Origin: Gammaproteobacteria bacterium
GTDB taxonomy: Bacteria; Pseudomonadota; Gammaproteobacteria; Arenicellales; JAANXG01
Direction of reading: 5' to 3'
Assembly (NCBI GenBank): GCA_024638505.1
Contig: JAHEKE010000007.1
Location: 534-64,533, forward strand
DNA length: 64,000 nt
The notes beneath the pieces were generated by a model. The model was not told the origin of the DNA. It did no database searches and saw only the letters and a list, made by a program, of their open reading frames with translations. This document shows, piece after piece, positions 10,396 to 20,286 of this stretch. Within the stretch, counting starts at the first letter, position 1; every line of letters begins with the position of its first letter. A program made the position numbers and the translations under genes.

Positions 10396-10410
10396 CGACA
10401 ATATCGAACG

Positions 10411-11745
10411 ATGACCATAGCGCTTTTTGATTCAGCGATATTTGGACCGCTGTTTGCAGATCGTCGCGTCACCGAGCTGTTCTCCGACCAGAGTCGCGTG
10501 CAAGCCATGCTCGACGTTGAAATCGCATTGGCCGCTGTCCAGGCAGAACTTGGGATCATTCCGGTCGACGCTGCAAAAAAGATCGAACAAGCCGCAGCTG
10601 ACTTTAGTCCGGATTGGAGATCGCTTGGAGATGGGACCAGACGGGCAGGTGTGCCCGTGATCGACCTGCTCCGCCAGCTGCGGGGACACATGGACTCTGC
10701 GGCTGCGCGCTATCTGCACTGGGGTGCCACTTCGCAAGATATTGTTGATACCGCTGGCGTGCTTCATCTGCGCACGGTTATTGATTTCTTGCAAACCCAG
10801 CTGGTCGCGTTAAGCTTGCGTCTGGCAAAGCTTGCCGACCGCCACCGCCACACGCTGATGTCGGGGCGAACGCGGGCGCAACAGGCTCTGCCGATCACTT
10901 TCGGCTTGAAAGTCGCCGTCTGGTTGATGCCGTTAATTCGTCACCGTCAGCGGCTGGAAGAGCTGAAGGGTAGGGTACTCGTGCTTCAATTTGGCGGTGC
11001 TGTGGGCACGCTGGCCGCGCTGGGTGATCGTGGTATTGAAGTGGCCGAAGCCCTGGCCCGCCGATTAAGCTTATCCGCGCCCGCTATCTCCTGGCATACC
11101 CAGCGTGACAGCCTGGCTGAGTTCGCGGATTGGTTGGCGTTGGTCTCTGGCAGCCTTGGTAAAATAGGGCAGGACGTGGTCTGGCTGTCGCAATCGGAAA
11201 TCGCAGAGGTGGCGGAGATCGCTCAGGGTGAGGCAGGCGCATCCTCCACCATGCCGCACAAATCCAACCCCATCACCAGCGAGATGCTGATTACCGCCGC
11301 GCGGATGAATACGACATTGCTCAGTAACATGCATCACGCCCTGCTGGCGGAGCATGAACGAGCGATACACGGCTGGCAGCTGGAGTGGAACACCCTGCCA
11401 CAGATGATATGTTGCCTGGGAAACGCGCTGGTGCAGGCTATATCCCTGATTGACAACCTGAGTGTCGATGAACAGCGCATGCGGCTTAACCTGGAAGGTT
11501 CTCACGGTCTGGTCCTGGCGGAAGCGGCAACTCTCGCCCTGGCAAAGCACGTTGACCGAACGGAGGCGGAAAGCATCGTCAAAGCGGCCTGTGCAGAGGT
11601 CAGGAGCAGTGGGCGCCACCTGTTGGATGTATTGCAGCAGGGGACAAGTCATCCCGTGCCGTGGGAGCGTATGCGTGATCCGTCGGGCTATTTGGGGCAG
11701 ACGCAAGCCCTGATCGACCGGGTATTGGCGTCGCTGCGGCAGTGA
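10411..11745 (+). CDS. pcaB: 3-carboxy-cis,cis-muconate cycloisomerase
   Basis: Fumarase/aspartase-superfamily signature GASSTMPHKSNP. pca context. Confidence 0.85.
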   Translation: MTIALFDSAIFGPLFADRRVTELFSDQSRVQAMLDVEIALAAVQAELGIIPVDAAKKIEQAAADFSPDWRSLGDGTRRAGVPVIDLLRQLRGHMDSAAARYLHWGATSQDIVDTAGVLHLRTVIDFLQTQLVALSLRLAKLADRHRHTLMSGRTRAQQALPITFGLKVAVWLMPLIRHRQRLEELKGRVLVLQFGGAVGTLAALGDRGIEVAEALARRLSLSAPAISWHTQRDSLAEFADWLALVSGSLGKIGQDVVWLSQSEIAEVAEIAQGEAGASSTMPHKSNPITSEMLITAARMNTTLLSNMHHALLAEHERAIHGWQLEWNTLPQMICCLGNALVQAISLIDNLSVDEQRMRLNLEGSHGLVLAEAATLALAKHVDRTEAESIVKAACAEVRSSGRHLLDVLQQGTSHPVPWERMRDPSGYLGQTQALIDRVLASLRQ

Positions 11746-11921
11746 GGCATGCCTCAGCACATACATAAAAAAAGGAACCCGCCTGCTATAACAAACGGAT
11801 TCCGCAAGGGCGGGAAGGTGTCGCACGTTTATTGAACGAAATAGTTATTGCATAAATGTTAAGCGCGCTGGAATATTGCGTTGCACGGCAGTATGGCACT
11901 CGGGTCATGGCTTAGTCGCAG

Positions 11922-12512
11922 ATGAATTGGGAACTGGTCGCACAGGCCGTTACACCTGAAGTCCACCACTTTCGAGTTGTCAGCGCGGGCAAGTGCCTGA
12001 CGTTCGAACAGGCGGCCAGCCTCTTGCAATGCGATGCAGGTTTTCAGTCCTGGTTTACGGATCAATTGAAGGCAGCACCCATGTCGGCGTATTTCTGGGA
12101 AACGCCGCCCGTTTCCAGGATGACCTTGAAGCGGAATTTTGAATACGTTTTGATTGCTGCTCCATCACTGGCAGCGGAGCCGGCGAACCGTTCCCCTTTC
12201 GTTAGCGTTTTCAGCAAAGCCAGCGCTGAGGTAGCGGCATTTTCTAACCTGGGTGGTGATGCGATGCTTGTTGCTCCGCTCCCGCTGCAGGTGGACGATG
12301 ACTATGCGCACCTTGCAAGCTTTGTGCGCAGCGCACCGCAGCGGCAGATCGATGCCCTTTGGCGGGTCACTTCTGAAGCTTTAACCAGCCTGCTTGCAGC
12401 AAATGCAACCTGTTGGGTCAGCACATCTGGGCTGGGGGTTGCTTGGGTGCATATACGTCTGGATTCCCGGCCCAAATATTACAACTATGCACCCTATAAA
12501 AAATCACCCTGA
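11922..12512 (+). CDS. Conserved hypothetical protein
   Basis: 196-aa ORF with coding-like composition and a conserved-looking C-terminus (STSGLGVAWVHIRLDSRPKYY). Function unknown. Confidence 0.5.
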   Translation: MNWELVAQAVTPEVHHFRVVSAGKCLTFEQAASLLQCDAGFQSWFTDQLKAAPMSAYFWETPPVSRMTLKRNFEYVLIAAPSLAAEPANRSPFVSVFSKASAEVAAFSNLGGDAMLVAPLPLQVDDDYAHLASFVRSAPQRQIDALWRVTSEALTSLLAANATCWVSTSGLGVAWVHIRLDSRPKYYNYAPYKKSP

Positions 12513-12540
12513 CCTAAAATACTTTAACCCTCTGCATTTA

Positions 12541-14553
12541 TTAAGCTAATCCGAACTCTTTCTTTTTTCGCTGGGCCCAGGCGCTGATCAGTCGATCCGA
12601 GATCATTGCAATAAACGCCACGCACAGGCCAGCGACGATGCCTCTGCCTGTGTCCGCTTTGGTCAGCGCAATGTAAACCTCCTGCCCGAGATCCCGGGTT
12701 CCCACCAGCGCAGTGATCACCAGCATGGCCAGGGCCATCATAATTACCTGATTTATACCCAGCATGATTTCGGGCAGTGCGATAGGGAGCTGGACTTTCC
12801 ACAGCATCTGCCGTCTGGAGCAGCCGAAGGCTTTGCCGGCTTCGACCAGAGACGGAGGGATCTGGCGTATACCGTGATCGGTATAGCGGATCGCCGGTGC
12901 CAGCGCGTAAGCGACAACCGCTATCATCGCGGAGAAGTCGCCAACCCGAAACAACATCACGACAGGTATCAGGTAAACAAATGACGGCAGGGTTTGGAGC
13001 GTATCAACGACGACCTGCACTACTCTGTGGGCACGCTCGTGCCGCGCGCTGTATATTCCTATCGGGATGCCGATCAGGGCGGCGATGATAACGGAGATAC
13101 CGCACAGGTAAACCGATATCATCGACTTCTCCCAGTTTCCGGTAACCGCCATGAACAGTGCCAAACTGCCGGTAAAAAGGGCGAGGCGCCAGCCGCCTAA
13201 TTGGTAGCCGGCGAGGCCCACCATCCCCACGACCGCAAGCCATGGTAAAACGAGCAGGAAGCGTTTGACCGGGATCAGCACATTGAGCAATAGCCAGGTT
13301 TTGATTGCCTCTAATTCGTCGAAGAAATTGATGTTGATCCATGATACGAGGTCGTTCCACCACGTTCCGGTGGTCACCTGCAGACGTTCCGGAAAAGTGT
13401 GCAAACCCTCGATGAACGTGCCTGCCAGGCTGGTGATTATCACGATACCTAAGGCTATGGTTGTATAGGGATAGCGCGCGATGAAGCTGTCTGGCCTATC
13501 GCGTTGCTCGCTCGGTGGGCGATTGGCAAATCCCTGGCTGATTCGGTCAAGCGCAATGGCCAGCACGGTAATGGCAACGCCGGCCTCGATGCCTTCGCCG
13601 ATACGCAGGCGTTTGAGCGAAGACAGGACATCGAAGCCCAGACCGCCGGCGCCAATCATCGAAGCGATGATGACCATGTTCAGCGACAGCATGATGACCT
13701 GATTCACCCCGACCATTAGCGTCGGGCGTGCCGAGGGAATCTGTATTTTCCACAGCAGCTGCCGGCGTGAACAACCCACCATTTGGCCAAACTCGACGAT
13801 TTCGGTGGGAACTTGTTTCAACGAGAGCATGGCACAGCGCACCATGGGCGGTGTGGCATAAATGATCGTCGCCACCATTGCGGCAACCGGCCCGAAGCCA
13901 AATAGGAATAACACCGGAACGAGGTAGGCAAACACCGGTACCGTCTGCATCAGATCCAAGATTGGCACAATCAACCGCTCGGCTCTGCGGCTGCGAAAGC
14001 CTAGAATACCGATAAACACACCCAGCACTACACCGATGGGTACTGCGATCACAATCGACGAAAGGGTGACCATGGCGCTGTCCCACTGGCCGAAGATCAC
14101 AAGATACAGAAAGCAGCCCCCCACCAGCAGAGCCAGCCTGATCCCCCCGCTTTGATAGCCGATCAAAATGACCACCGCCGTGACGGCGAGCCAGGACAGG
14201 CGGGGGATAAACCACTCGGCTTCCTCGCCCCAGGCCAGTTTGAAACCGGAGGCCAGCAAACCGCCAGCAAAATCTAGGGGCCACTGCAGCAGCCAGGCGA
14301 TAGAGCGTGTGAATTCCTTAAATGTAAAGAGACCAAGGTCGAAACTGTTGATCAGCCATTTCATGAAGTCGCTCACCCAGAAGCGCAGCGGTACGGTCCA
14401 GGCTTCGGGATAGGTCACCGCCCAGGGCCAAAGCTGCTGGAATAGATACAGTGCCGCCGTAAGCAGCAGAGCCACCGCCCAGATGACCAGCCAGATCGGT
14501 ATCGGGCGGCGCTGCCCGCGCACCCCGTCAGCGACGGTCGCAGCGTCCATCAA
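12541..14553 (-). CDS. Glycine betaine/proline-type ABC transporter permease, two fused ProW-like domains
   Basis: 670 aa with two internally similar halves. Each carries a BPD-transport EAA-type region (CSRRQLLWKIQIPSARP and CSRRQMLWKVQLPIALP). Confidence 0.85.
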   Translation of the reverse strand: MMDAATVADGVRGQRRPIPIWLVIWAVALLLTAALYLFQQLWPWAVTYPEAWTVPLRFWVSDFMKWLINSFDLGLFTFKEFTRSIAWLLQWPLDFAGGLLASGFKLAWGEEAEWFIPRLSWLAVTAVVILIGYQSGGIRLALLVGGCFLYLVIFGQWDSAMVTLSSIVIAVPIGVVLGVFIGILGFRSRRAERLIVPILDLMQTVPVFAYLVPVLFLFGFGPVAAMVATIIYATPPMVRCAMLSLKQVPTEIVEFGQMVGCSRRQLLWKIQIPSARPTLMVGVNQVIMLSLNMVIIASMIGAGGLGFDVLSSLKRLRIGEGIEAGVAITVLAIALDRISQGFANRPPSEQRDRPDSFIARYPYTTIALGIVIITSLAGTFIEGLHTFPERLQVTTGTWWNDLVSWININFFDELEAIKTWLLLNVLIPVKRFLLVLPWLAVVGMVGLAGYQLGGWRLALFTGSLALFMAVTGNWEKSMISVYLCGISVIIAALIGIPIGIYSARHERAHRVVQVVVDTLQTLPSFVYLIPVVMLFRVGDFSAMIAVVAYALAPAIRYTDHGIRQIPPSLVEAGKAFGCSRRQMLWKVQLPIALPEIMLGINQVIMMALAMLVITALVGTRDLGQEVYIALTKADTGRGIVAGLCVAFIAMISDRLISAWAQRKKKEFGLA

Positions 14554-15581
14554 GCGGTGCTTTTTCCGACCAGGACATCGAGTACCGCACGCCTGCTGAG
14601 CTGTCCCACCGTCCGACCGTCGCTGTCGACTACGGCGACGTCAGACTTACTGTTGACCACCGTCTCGGCAAGATCTTCGATTTTCGTGCTGGCAGAAACT
14701 TTGCCCAACGTGTTGCCGGTAGGCGGGGCCATGATGGCTCCGGCGGAAAATATCTTGGCGCGGGGTATCTCACGGGTGAATTCTGCGACATAGTCAGTGG
14801 CCGGTTCGAGCACCAGCTGTTCGGGTGATCCGATTTGGATGATGTGCCCGTCCTGCATGATGGCGATACGGTCGGCCAGCCGGATCGCTTCGTCAAAATC
14901 GTGCGTAATGAAAACAATGCTTTTGTGTAACAGGTTTTGTAAACGAAGAAATTCGTCCTGCATCTCCCGACGAATAAGCGGATCGAGAGCAGAAAACGGT
15001 TCGTCTAAAAACCAGATATCGGGCTCGACCGCCAGCGATCGCGCGATGCCCACGCGCTGCTGCTGCCCGCCGGAGAGTTCGCGCGGGTAATAATTCTCGC
15101 GTCCCTCCAGGCCTACTAATTCGATGATCTCGCGGGCACGCTGCTCGCGACTGGCGCGATCCACACCCTGAATCTCCAACGGGAACGCAACATTATGCAA
15201 TACGGTAAGATGGGGCAGTAGGGCGAAGTGCTGGAAGACCATGCCCATCTTATGTCGGCGAATATCGATCAGCTCATGCTCTGACGCTTTTAACAGGTCC
15301 TGATTCTCAAACATGACCTTGCCGGCAGTCGGTTCGATGAGTCGCGACATACAGCGCACGAGAGTCGATTTGCCTGAACCCGACAATCCCATAATGATAA
15401 AAATTTCTCCCTCAAACACCTCGAAGTTAGCGTCGCACACCGCGCCGATAAGGCCCGCTTCCTTCAGTGATTGCGCAGAGACCGACCCGTTATGCTCGGT
15501 GAGATACTCCTTAGCGTTGTCGCCGAACAGCTTCCATAGATCGTGGCAGGAGATTTTTACTGAACGCTCGGGCGATTCCAC
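14550..15581 (-). CDS. proV: Glycine betaine/L-proline ABC transporter ATP-binding protein
   Basis: Walker A GLSGSGKST, signature LSGGQQQRV, Walker B WFLDEPFSALD, CBS-like C-terminal tail. Overlaps the permease start. Confidence 0.9.
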   Translation of the reverse strand: MESPERSVKISCHDLWKLFGDNAKEYLTEHNGSVSAQSLKEAGLIGAVCDANFEVFEGEIFIIMGLSGSGKSTLVRCMSRLIEPTAGKVMFENQDLLKASEHELIDIRRHKMGMVFQHFALLPHLTVLHNVAFPLEIQGVDRASREQRAREIIELVGLEGRENYYPRELSGGQQQRVGIARSLAVEPDIWFLDEPFSALDPLIRREMQDEFLRLQNLLHKSIVFITHDFDEAIRLADRIAIMQDGHIIQIGSPEQLVLEPATDYVAEFTREIPRAKIFSAGAIMAPPTGNTLGKVSASTKIEDLAETVVNSKSDVAVVDSDGRTVGQLSRRAVLDVLVGKSTA

Positions 15582-15680
15582 GAGAGGTGACCCTGGGGGA
15601 ACGTTATGCGGAGTCTAGCGCGCACTGTAAGCAAGCCATAAGCTGAAACACATGCTGTCGCGCGTTTTCAATAACGGTAA

Positions 15681-15705
15681 CCGCCGGACCGACAAGGCCC
15701 GGCGG
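15681..15705 (-). other. Intercistronic hairpin between proX and proV (7-bp GC stem)
   Basis: CCGCCGG-N11-CCGGCGG read directly. Lies in the 162-nt proX-proV spacer. Confidence 0.3.
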
Positions 15706-15743
15706 CTAGTTAGGTTTTGAGTCTTACCGGCCAGCTGCTTGCA

Positions 15744-16691
15744 TTAGCTGCACTGAGTCCACTTTGTCCACGTATCCTCGTTGTTTTTTATCCAGTTCTC
15801 TACAACGTCGTCGACTTTCTTACCGTCCAGGTCAACTTCGCCAACCATCTCGCCCATGGCCTGGTTGCTAATGGTGAAGTTACGCACGGCCTGGTAAGCG
15901 CAGGGCCACTTTGCTTCACCGTCCTTCCATCCCACTTTCTTGATCCAGCCGCGCGGTTTACCGCAGTCATAGGCTTTCTCAGTGTTCATTCCCCATTTCG
16001 GATCGTTGTAGCACTCTTCGCTGTAACGTGGAAATTCCACCCATTCCCCTTTGAACTTGATCGGGGCCCAATGCGGGGTGTACACCCAGGCAAGAATAGG
16101 TGCTTTGCGTTCGTAGGCTGATTGAATCTCCGCAAAAAGCGCGGCGTCGGTCCCGGCATGAACAACTTCATAATCTAATCCAAGCGCTTCTGCACGCTCA
16201 TCGTCGAACCCCGCCCACGTCACAGGACCACCAAGGTAGCGGCCTTTAGGGTGAGTTTCTGGTGTAGAAAAAGCCTCGGCGCAATCGTTGAGTGCTTTCC
16301 AATCGGGTAATCCCGGACATTTTTCTTTCATGTACAGTGGATACCACCATTCCTCGATTGCTTTCATACCGGTTTCGCCTAAATCTACGGTCTTTCCGGT
16401 TTTAAGGCTCTCATCCATCGCTTGTTTACCGGTGGTCTCCCACATCTCCATCGCAACGTGCAGGTCGCCTGACTCCAGCCCTGCAAACTGTGCGATGTAG
16501 TCTGCTTGCTGGTACTCAACGTTATAGCCCATCTCTTCGAGCACGCGGCCCATGATGTGGGTGGTGATATATTGTCCTGTCCAATCGTGGATCGTCAGTT
16601 TTATGGGATCCTTGGATTCGGGCGCCGCGCCTAGGGCGGTACCAGAAGCAAGAAGCGCTGCCAGAAACACGGATCTGCAATACGCCTTCAT
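15744..16691 (-). CDS. proX: Glycine betaine-type ABC transporter substrate-binding protein
   Basis: Signal peptide MKAYCRSVFLAALLASGTALG. Trp-rich OpuAC/ProX-like domain. First gene of the transporter unit. Confidence 0.85.
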   Translation of the reverse strand: MKAYCRSVFLAALLASGTALGAAPESKDPIKLTIHDWTGQYITTHIMGRVLEEMGYNVEYQQADYIAQFAGLESGDLHVAMEMWETTGKQAMDESLKTGKTVDLGETGMKAIEEWWYPLYMKEKCPGLPDWKALNDCAEAFSTPETHPKGRYLGGPVTWAGFDDERAEALGLDYEVVHAGTDAALFAEIQSAYERKAPILAWVYTPHWAPIKFKGEWVEFPRYSEECYNDPKWGMNTEKAYDCGKPRGWIKKVGWKDGEAKWPCAYQAVRNFTISNQAMGEMVGEVDLDGKKVDDVVENWIKNNEDTWTKWTQCS

Positions 16692-16817
16692 ATTTAACTC
16701 CTCCTCATTCTCGGTGCATTATGAAGTGAGCCGGACAGAACTGAGCAGCATGCCACGCTGTTCGTCTATCCGGTATAAGCGCGGCGTCTATACAGGGCCG
16801 GCGCTGTGCTTATTATG

Positions 16818-17267
16818 CTACAGTCTGTACACAATCAACAAAACGCTGCCCTCAGCGGCGGGCTCGAGTGGCGTCCGGTCATTGTTGTGCAGTACCACGC
16901 GTAAATCATGTGAACCATCGGTGATGTCGCCAGGCACTGTAACCTTGGTGCTGTTATCAGCCCCCTCAATCAGGTAGTCGGCACCGGAAGCGTCGTCCAG
17001 GTAGACGCGATAGTGTCCGACTCCGTCCTCATTCGTCTGCTCCATCTTGGCAGGGTCCAGGGTGAACCCCGATACCTCGATGGTGAGGGTAATCTCATCG
17101 CCAGGTTGAACGGCATGGGTCTTATCAGCGCTCACCTTTACAGTGGGGCCGGCCGTGGTTGTGTCGGCATTCTCCTCCGGCGCCGGTGGTGCATCGTCAT
17201 CCTTGCCGCAACTGGTGACGACTGCCAAAGCAAAGGCGGTTAGCAATGCTAAAAAGATAGTTCGCAT
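16818..17267 (-). CDS. Hypothetical lipoprotein
   Basis: Signal peptide with lipobox LAVVTSC followed by a low-complexity linker. Confidence 0.6.
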   Translation of the reverse strand: MRTIFLALLTAFALAVVTSCGKDDDAPPAPEENADTTTAGPTVKVSADKTHAVQPGDEITLTIEVSGFTLDPAKMEQTNEDGVGHYRVYLDDASGADYLIEGADNSTKVTVPGDITDGSHDLRVVLHNNDRTPLEPAAEGSVLLIVYRL

Positions 17268-17527
17268 GATGTCTCTCTACAACGATTGATTGAGCAATGC
17301 TAGCACTCAGCTTAACGCTGGCAAATAGCGCAGGGCGTGTTTATCGCCACTAATTTGACATCCATTCAAGCGCGGCTCAAGTAAAGCTATGATCGCGGTT
17401 GTGATTATCTTTTATTCCGTTGATGCTAGTGCAGATTTGTTCTCAGTTAACCAAGCCTGATGTAAAAGGGAAGGAGAGCCGAGAAAAAAGTTCGCTCAGC
17501 ATCGGATGGCGAGGCGGCTTTTCTTCC

Positions 17528-18691
17528 CTAAAAACGAACGCTTTCAACAGGTCGTGAAGTGTTAGCATCAGTGCGGACGATGCGATTCCAGCCGTGTATG
17601 TCCTCGGTCACCCCCGTTTGGATGTCTACGATAGTCTGGTATAGCCATTTGCTGGCAAGATTTTCCGGTGAGACATCGAAGTTGAGCGTTTTTTCGCCGT
17701 AAGCGATTCGACTGACCGGCGCAATCACTGCGGCCGTACCTGCACCAAACACTTCCTGTAAATCTCCCCTGTCATAAGCCAGGATGACTTCTTCCATGGA
17801 AACGGGGCGTTCTTCAAACTTTTCGCCGTGGTCTTTAAGCAGCGTCAAAACGCTCTCTCGGGTCACCCCCGGTAGAATGGTGCCCTTAAGCGGGGGAGTG
17901 ACAAACGTATCACCGATTTTAAAAAATATGTTCATCTGACCCACCTCTTCGACAAAGCAGTGATCACGGCTGTCCAGCCATAAGGTCTGATCGAATCCCT
18001 GTTCCACGCTGTCGGTGCCCGGCCTCAAGGTCGCCGCGTAATTGCCGCCGGTTTTGGCAAAACCCGTTCCGCCCATGGCCGCCCGGGTGTAGTTGGGTTC
18101 AGCGCGGAGCGAAACACCGCTGTCGGTGGTTGAAAAATAGCCTTTGACCGGAGCGGTGATAATCAGGAACAAATAGCGATCGGACGCTTTGACCAGCAGA
18201 TTGGGTTCAGTAGCAAAAACAAGCGGTCGGATGTAAAGCGACTCGCCTCGTCGTTGCGGCAGCCATTTTTCATCGACCGTAACGAGCTGTTCGATTGCTG
18301 AGCAGAACAGCTCCTGATCAATTGGTGGGATGCACAGCCGCGCACACGACTGTTCCAGTCTGTCTGCATTTCGATCCGGCCGAAAGATGCGGGGCACCCC
18401 GTCGACGCCTCTGAACGCTTTGAGGCCCTCAAAAACCGCCTGACCGTAGTGCAGGCAGAGTGCGCCTGGCTCCATGGCGATCGGGCCGTAGGGCACGATT
18501 TGCGCGCTATGCCAGCGACCGTCTGTAAACTCGCAGCGGAACATATGATCAGAGAATACGTCGCCAAAGCCGAGATGATCGAAATCGACGCCTGACAGGC
18601 GGCTGCGTTGGCAAAGCGTGATCGGCAGGGCAGGATTGGGCACGGGTAATCGATTGATTGGAATTCTCAACAATTGTTGAGAATATGCCAT
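17528..18691 (-). CDS. ilvE: Branched-chain amino acid aminotransferase (long, class IV)
   Basis: LGFGDVFSDHMF N-terminal motif and class IV aminotransferase core. The start codon may lie further in. Confidence 0.85.
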   Translation of the reverse strand: MAYSQQLLRIPINRLPVPNPALPITLCQRSRLSGVDFDHLGFGDVFSDHMFRCEFTDGRWHSAQIVPYGPIAMEPGALCLHYGQAVFEGLKAFRGVDGVPRIFRPDRNADRLEQSCARLCIPPIDQELFCSAIEQLVTVDEKWLPQRRGESLYIRPLVFATEPNLLVKASDRYLFLIITAPVKGYFSTTDSGVSLRAEPNYTRAAMGGTGFAKTGGNYAATLRPGTDSVEQGFDQTLWLDSRDHCFVEEVGQMNIFFKIGDTFVTPPLKGTILPGVTRESVLTLLKDHGEKFEERPVSMEEVILAYDRGDLQEVFGAGTAAVIAPVSRIAYGEKTLNFDVSPENLASKWLYQTIVDIQTGVTEDIHGWNRIVRTDANTSRPVESVRF

Positions 18692-18886
18692 AAAAAAGCC
18701 AGGGCACCAATCCGGGGTGAACGCCGCTTGACAAGGTTGGGATCACGCCCAGGTTGTAGAATCAAGTATCGAAGTTGTTCATTCCCAAGTAATAAAGCTG
18801 ACAGCGAGAGCCCCCTGCACGGCCGGCCATACGTTGGGCAAAGTGTTACTGATTCTGCCGCTGCCGGCGGCGACATCAAGTTCGAG

Positions 18887-19630
18887 CTATTGCGCGGTCA
18901 AACCACCGTCTACAATCAGTTCACTGCCGGTGATGAATGACGCCTCATCGGAAAGCAGAAAAAGACAGGCGTTGGCCTGATCCTGAGTCGTTCCCAGTCG
19001 CCCCAGCGGAATCGCTTCGGCCACCGCGGCCTGTAGATCCGGTTTGTCACGCCATCGGTCCTGCATGGGTGACAGCACCGGACCGGGTAGAATGGTATTG
19101 GAGCGAATGTGGTCAGCGGCAAACTGGATGGCGATAGACTTGGACAGCCGGATCACCGCCGCCTTTGACGTCGCGTAGGCGTCCTGCGGCTTACGTTCTG
19201 CGCGCAGCGCGTCGATGGAGGCAAAGTGCACCATTGCGCCGCCGCCGCGTTTTTGCATTTGCGGAATGGCGTAGCGAGAGGTTAAGACAAAAGACTTAAG
19301 GTTAATATTGAATACCTGGTCCCACACGCCAAGGTCCATGTTACTAAATGAGGTATCTCGATCGAACCACAGCACTCCCGCGGTGTTTACCAGGTAGTCA
19401 ATACCGCCAAATTCGCCTGCGGTTTTGTTGATGAGCGCGCGAACGAACGTTTCATCGGTTAAATCCCCCCGGTAATAACGGAAGCTGCCAGCTTCACCAC
19501 GCAAACCATCCGGCTCGGGCTTGAGGTCAGCCAGGCTAACCCTGGCGCCGGCTGAGATAAGATCATTGCTAATATTCAAACCCATGCCGCCGCCACCGGC
19601 CACTACCGCAACTCTGTCATTGAAACGCAT
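18887..19630 (-). CDS. Short-chain dehydrogenase/reductase
   Basis: Glycine-rich VAGGGGMGLN and catalytic YATSKAAV (YxxxK). Confidence 0.85.
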   Translation of the reverse strand: MRFNDRVAVVAGGGGMGLNISNDLISAGARVSLADLKPEPDGLRGEAGSFRYYRGDLTDETFVRALINKTAGEFGGIDYLVNTAGVLWFDRDTSFSNMDLGVWDQVFNINLKSFVLTSRYAIPQMQKRGGGAMVHFASIDALRAERKPQDAYATSKAAVIRLSKSIAIQFAADHIRSNTILPGPVLSPMQDRWRDKPDLQAAVAEAIPLGRLGTTQDQANACLFLLSDEASFITGSELIVDGGLTAQ

Positions 19631-19746
19631 TTGTTTTTTGCAGCCTCCTGGTCGGTAAATTCAGCCCTTCGCCCGTCTGACTGGCGAAAATATCACAAAC
19701 AGGGTGTTTTCCCGCATGTCTTCGTATTTATCCTTGCGTTAGAATT

Positions 19747-20244
19747 GTGCCGGTTAAATATATGATGCAGAAAAGCAATATGATGAATGTTGAAGAATTT
19801 CAAAAGCTGCTCAAACCGGTTACAGAGTTTGTTGCGCACCGCGCCATTAATGCTGAGTTGGCGGAGGAGCTCAACAGCCATTTCCCTCCTGCAGGCGCAA
19901 CTTTTCAAGCCGTAGAGCACGCCTGCCACGAGGCCATAGCGGCAGGGTGGATGTGTGCCCACGGCGGGGACGGGCGCCGCTACGGCCGGGTTATTGAACC
20001 GAGCGAGCAAACCGGCGGTTTGAGTGTTGACGTAGTCGACCTAACGGATATTGTTGGTCCACACCACCGGCACCCGACCGGCGAGGTTTGCATGGTGATG
20101 CCGATCAGTGAAAACGCGCTGTTCGATGGGCGGGGAAAGGGCTGGTGCGTTTACGAGCCCGGGTCGGCCCATCAGCCAACGGTAACCGACGGCGAGGCTC
20201 TGGTACTGTACATGTTGCCGCAGGGAAAGATTGAATTTTCGTAG
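19747..20244 (+). CDS. Conserved hypothetical, possibly DUF4863 / 4-hydroxylaminobenzoate lyase-like
   Basis: About 160 aa with HHRHPTGEVCMV and a cupin-like C-terminus. Family assignment is from memory only. Start uncertain (GTG 19747 or ATG 19762). Confidence 0.45.
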   Translation: MPVKYMMQKSNMMNVEEFQKLLKPVTEFVAHRAINAELAEELNSHFPPAGATFQAVEHACHEAIAAGWMCAHGGDGRRYGRVIEPSEQTGGLSVDVVDLTDIVGPHHRHPTGEVCMVMPISENALFDGRGKGWCVYEPGSAHQPTVTDGEALVLYMLPQGKIEFS

Positions 20245-20286
20245 CTGCTGAAGATCTCTCATTAGCTGGCGTCCCCTGCGCGGGCC

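Noticed and set aside
11742-11755. Perfect 14-nt palindrome TGAGGCATGCCTCA at the pcaB stop
   Set aside because: It is too short for a stable hairpin once a loop is allowed. It is followed by an A-run rather than a T-run on the coding strand, so it is not a convincing terminator.
17468-17528. 14-bp stem (GGGAAGGAGAGCCG ... CGGCTTTTCTTCCC, with two G-U pairs on the plus strand only) downstream of ilvE
   Set aside because: The loop is long and no gene is on the plus strand there. The pairing is worse on the strand that is actually transcribed, and no U-tract follows. Likely fortuitous.
18728-18762. TTGACA ... TAGAAT promoter-like hexamers on the plus strand between ilvE and the SDR gene
   Set aside because: The spacer is 23 nt, too long for sigma-70. 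Both flanking genes are on the minus strand.
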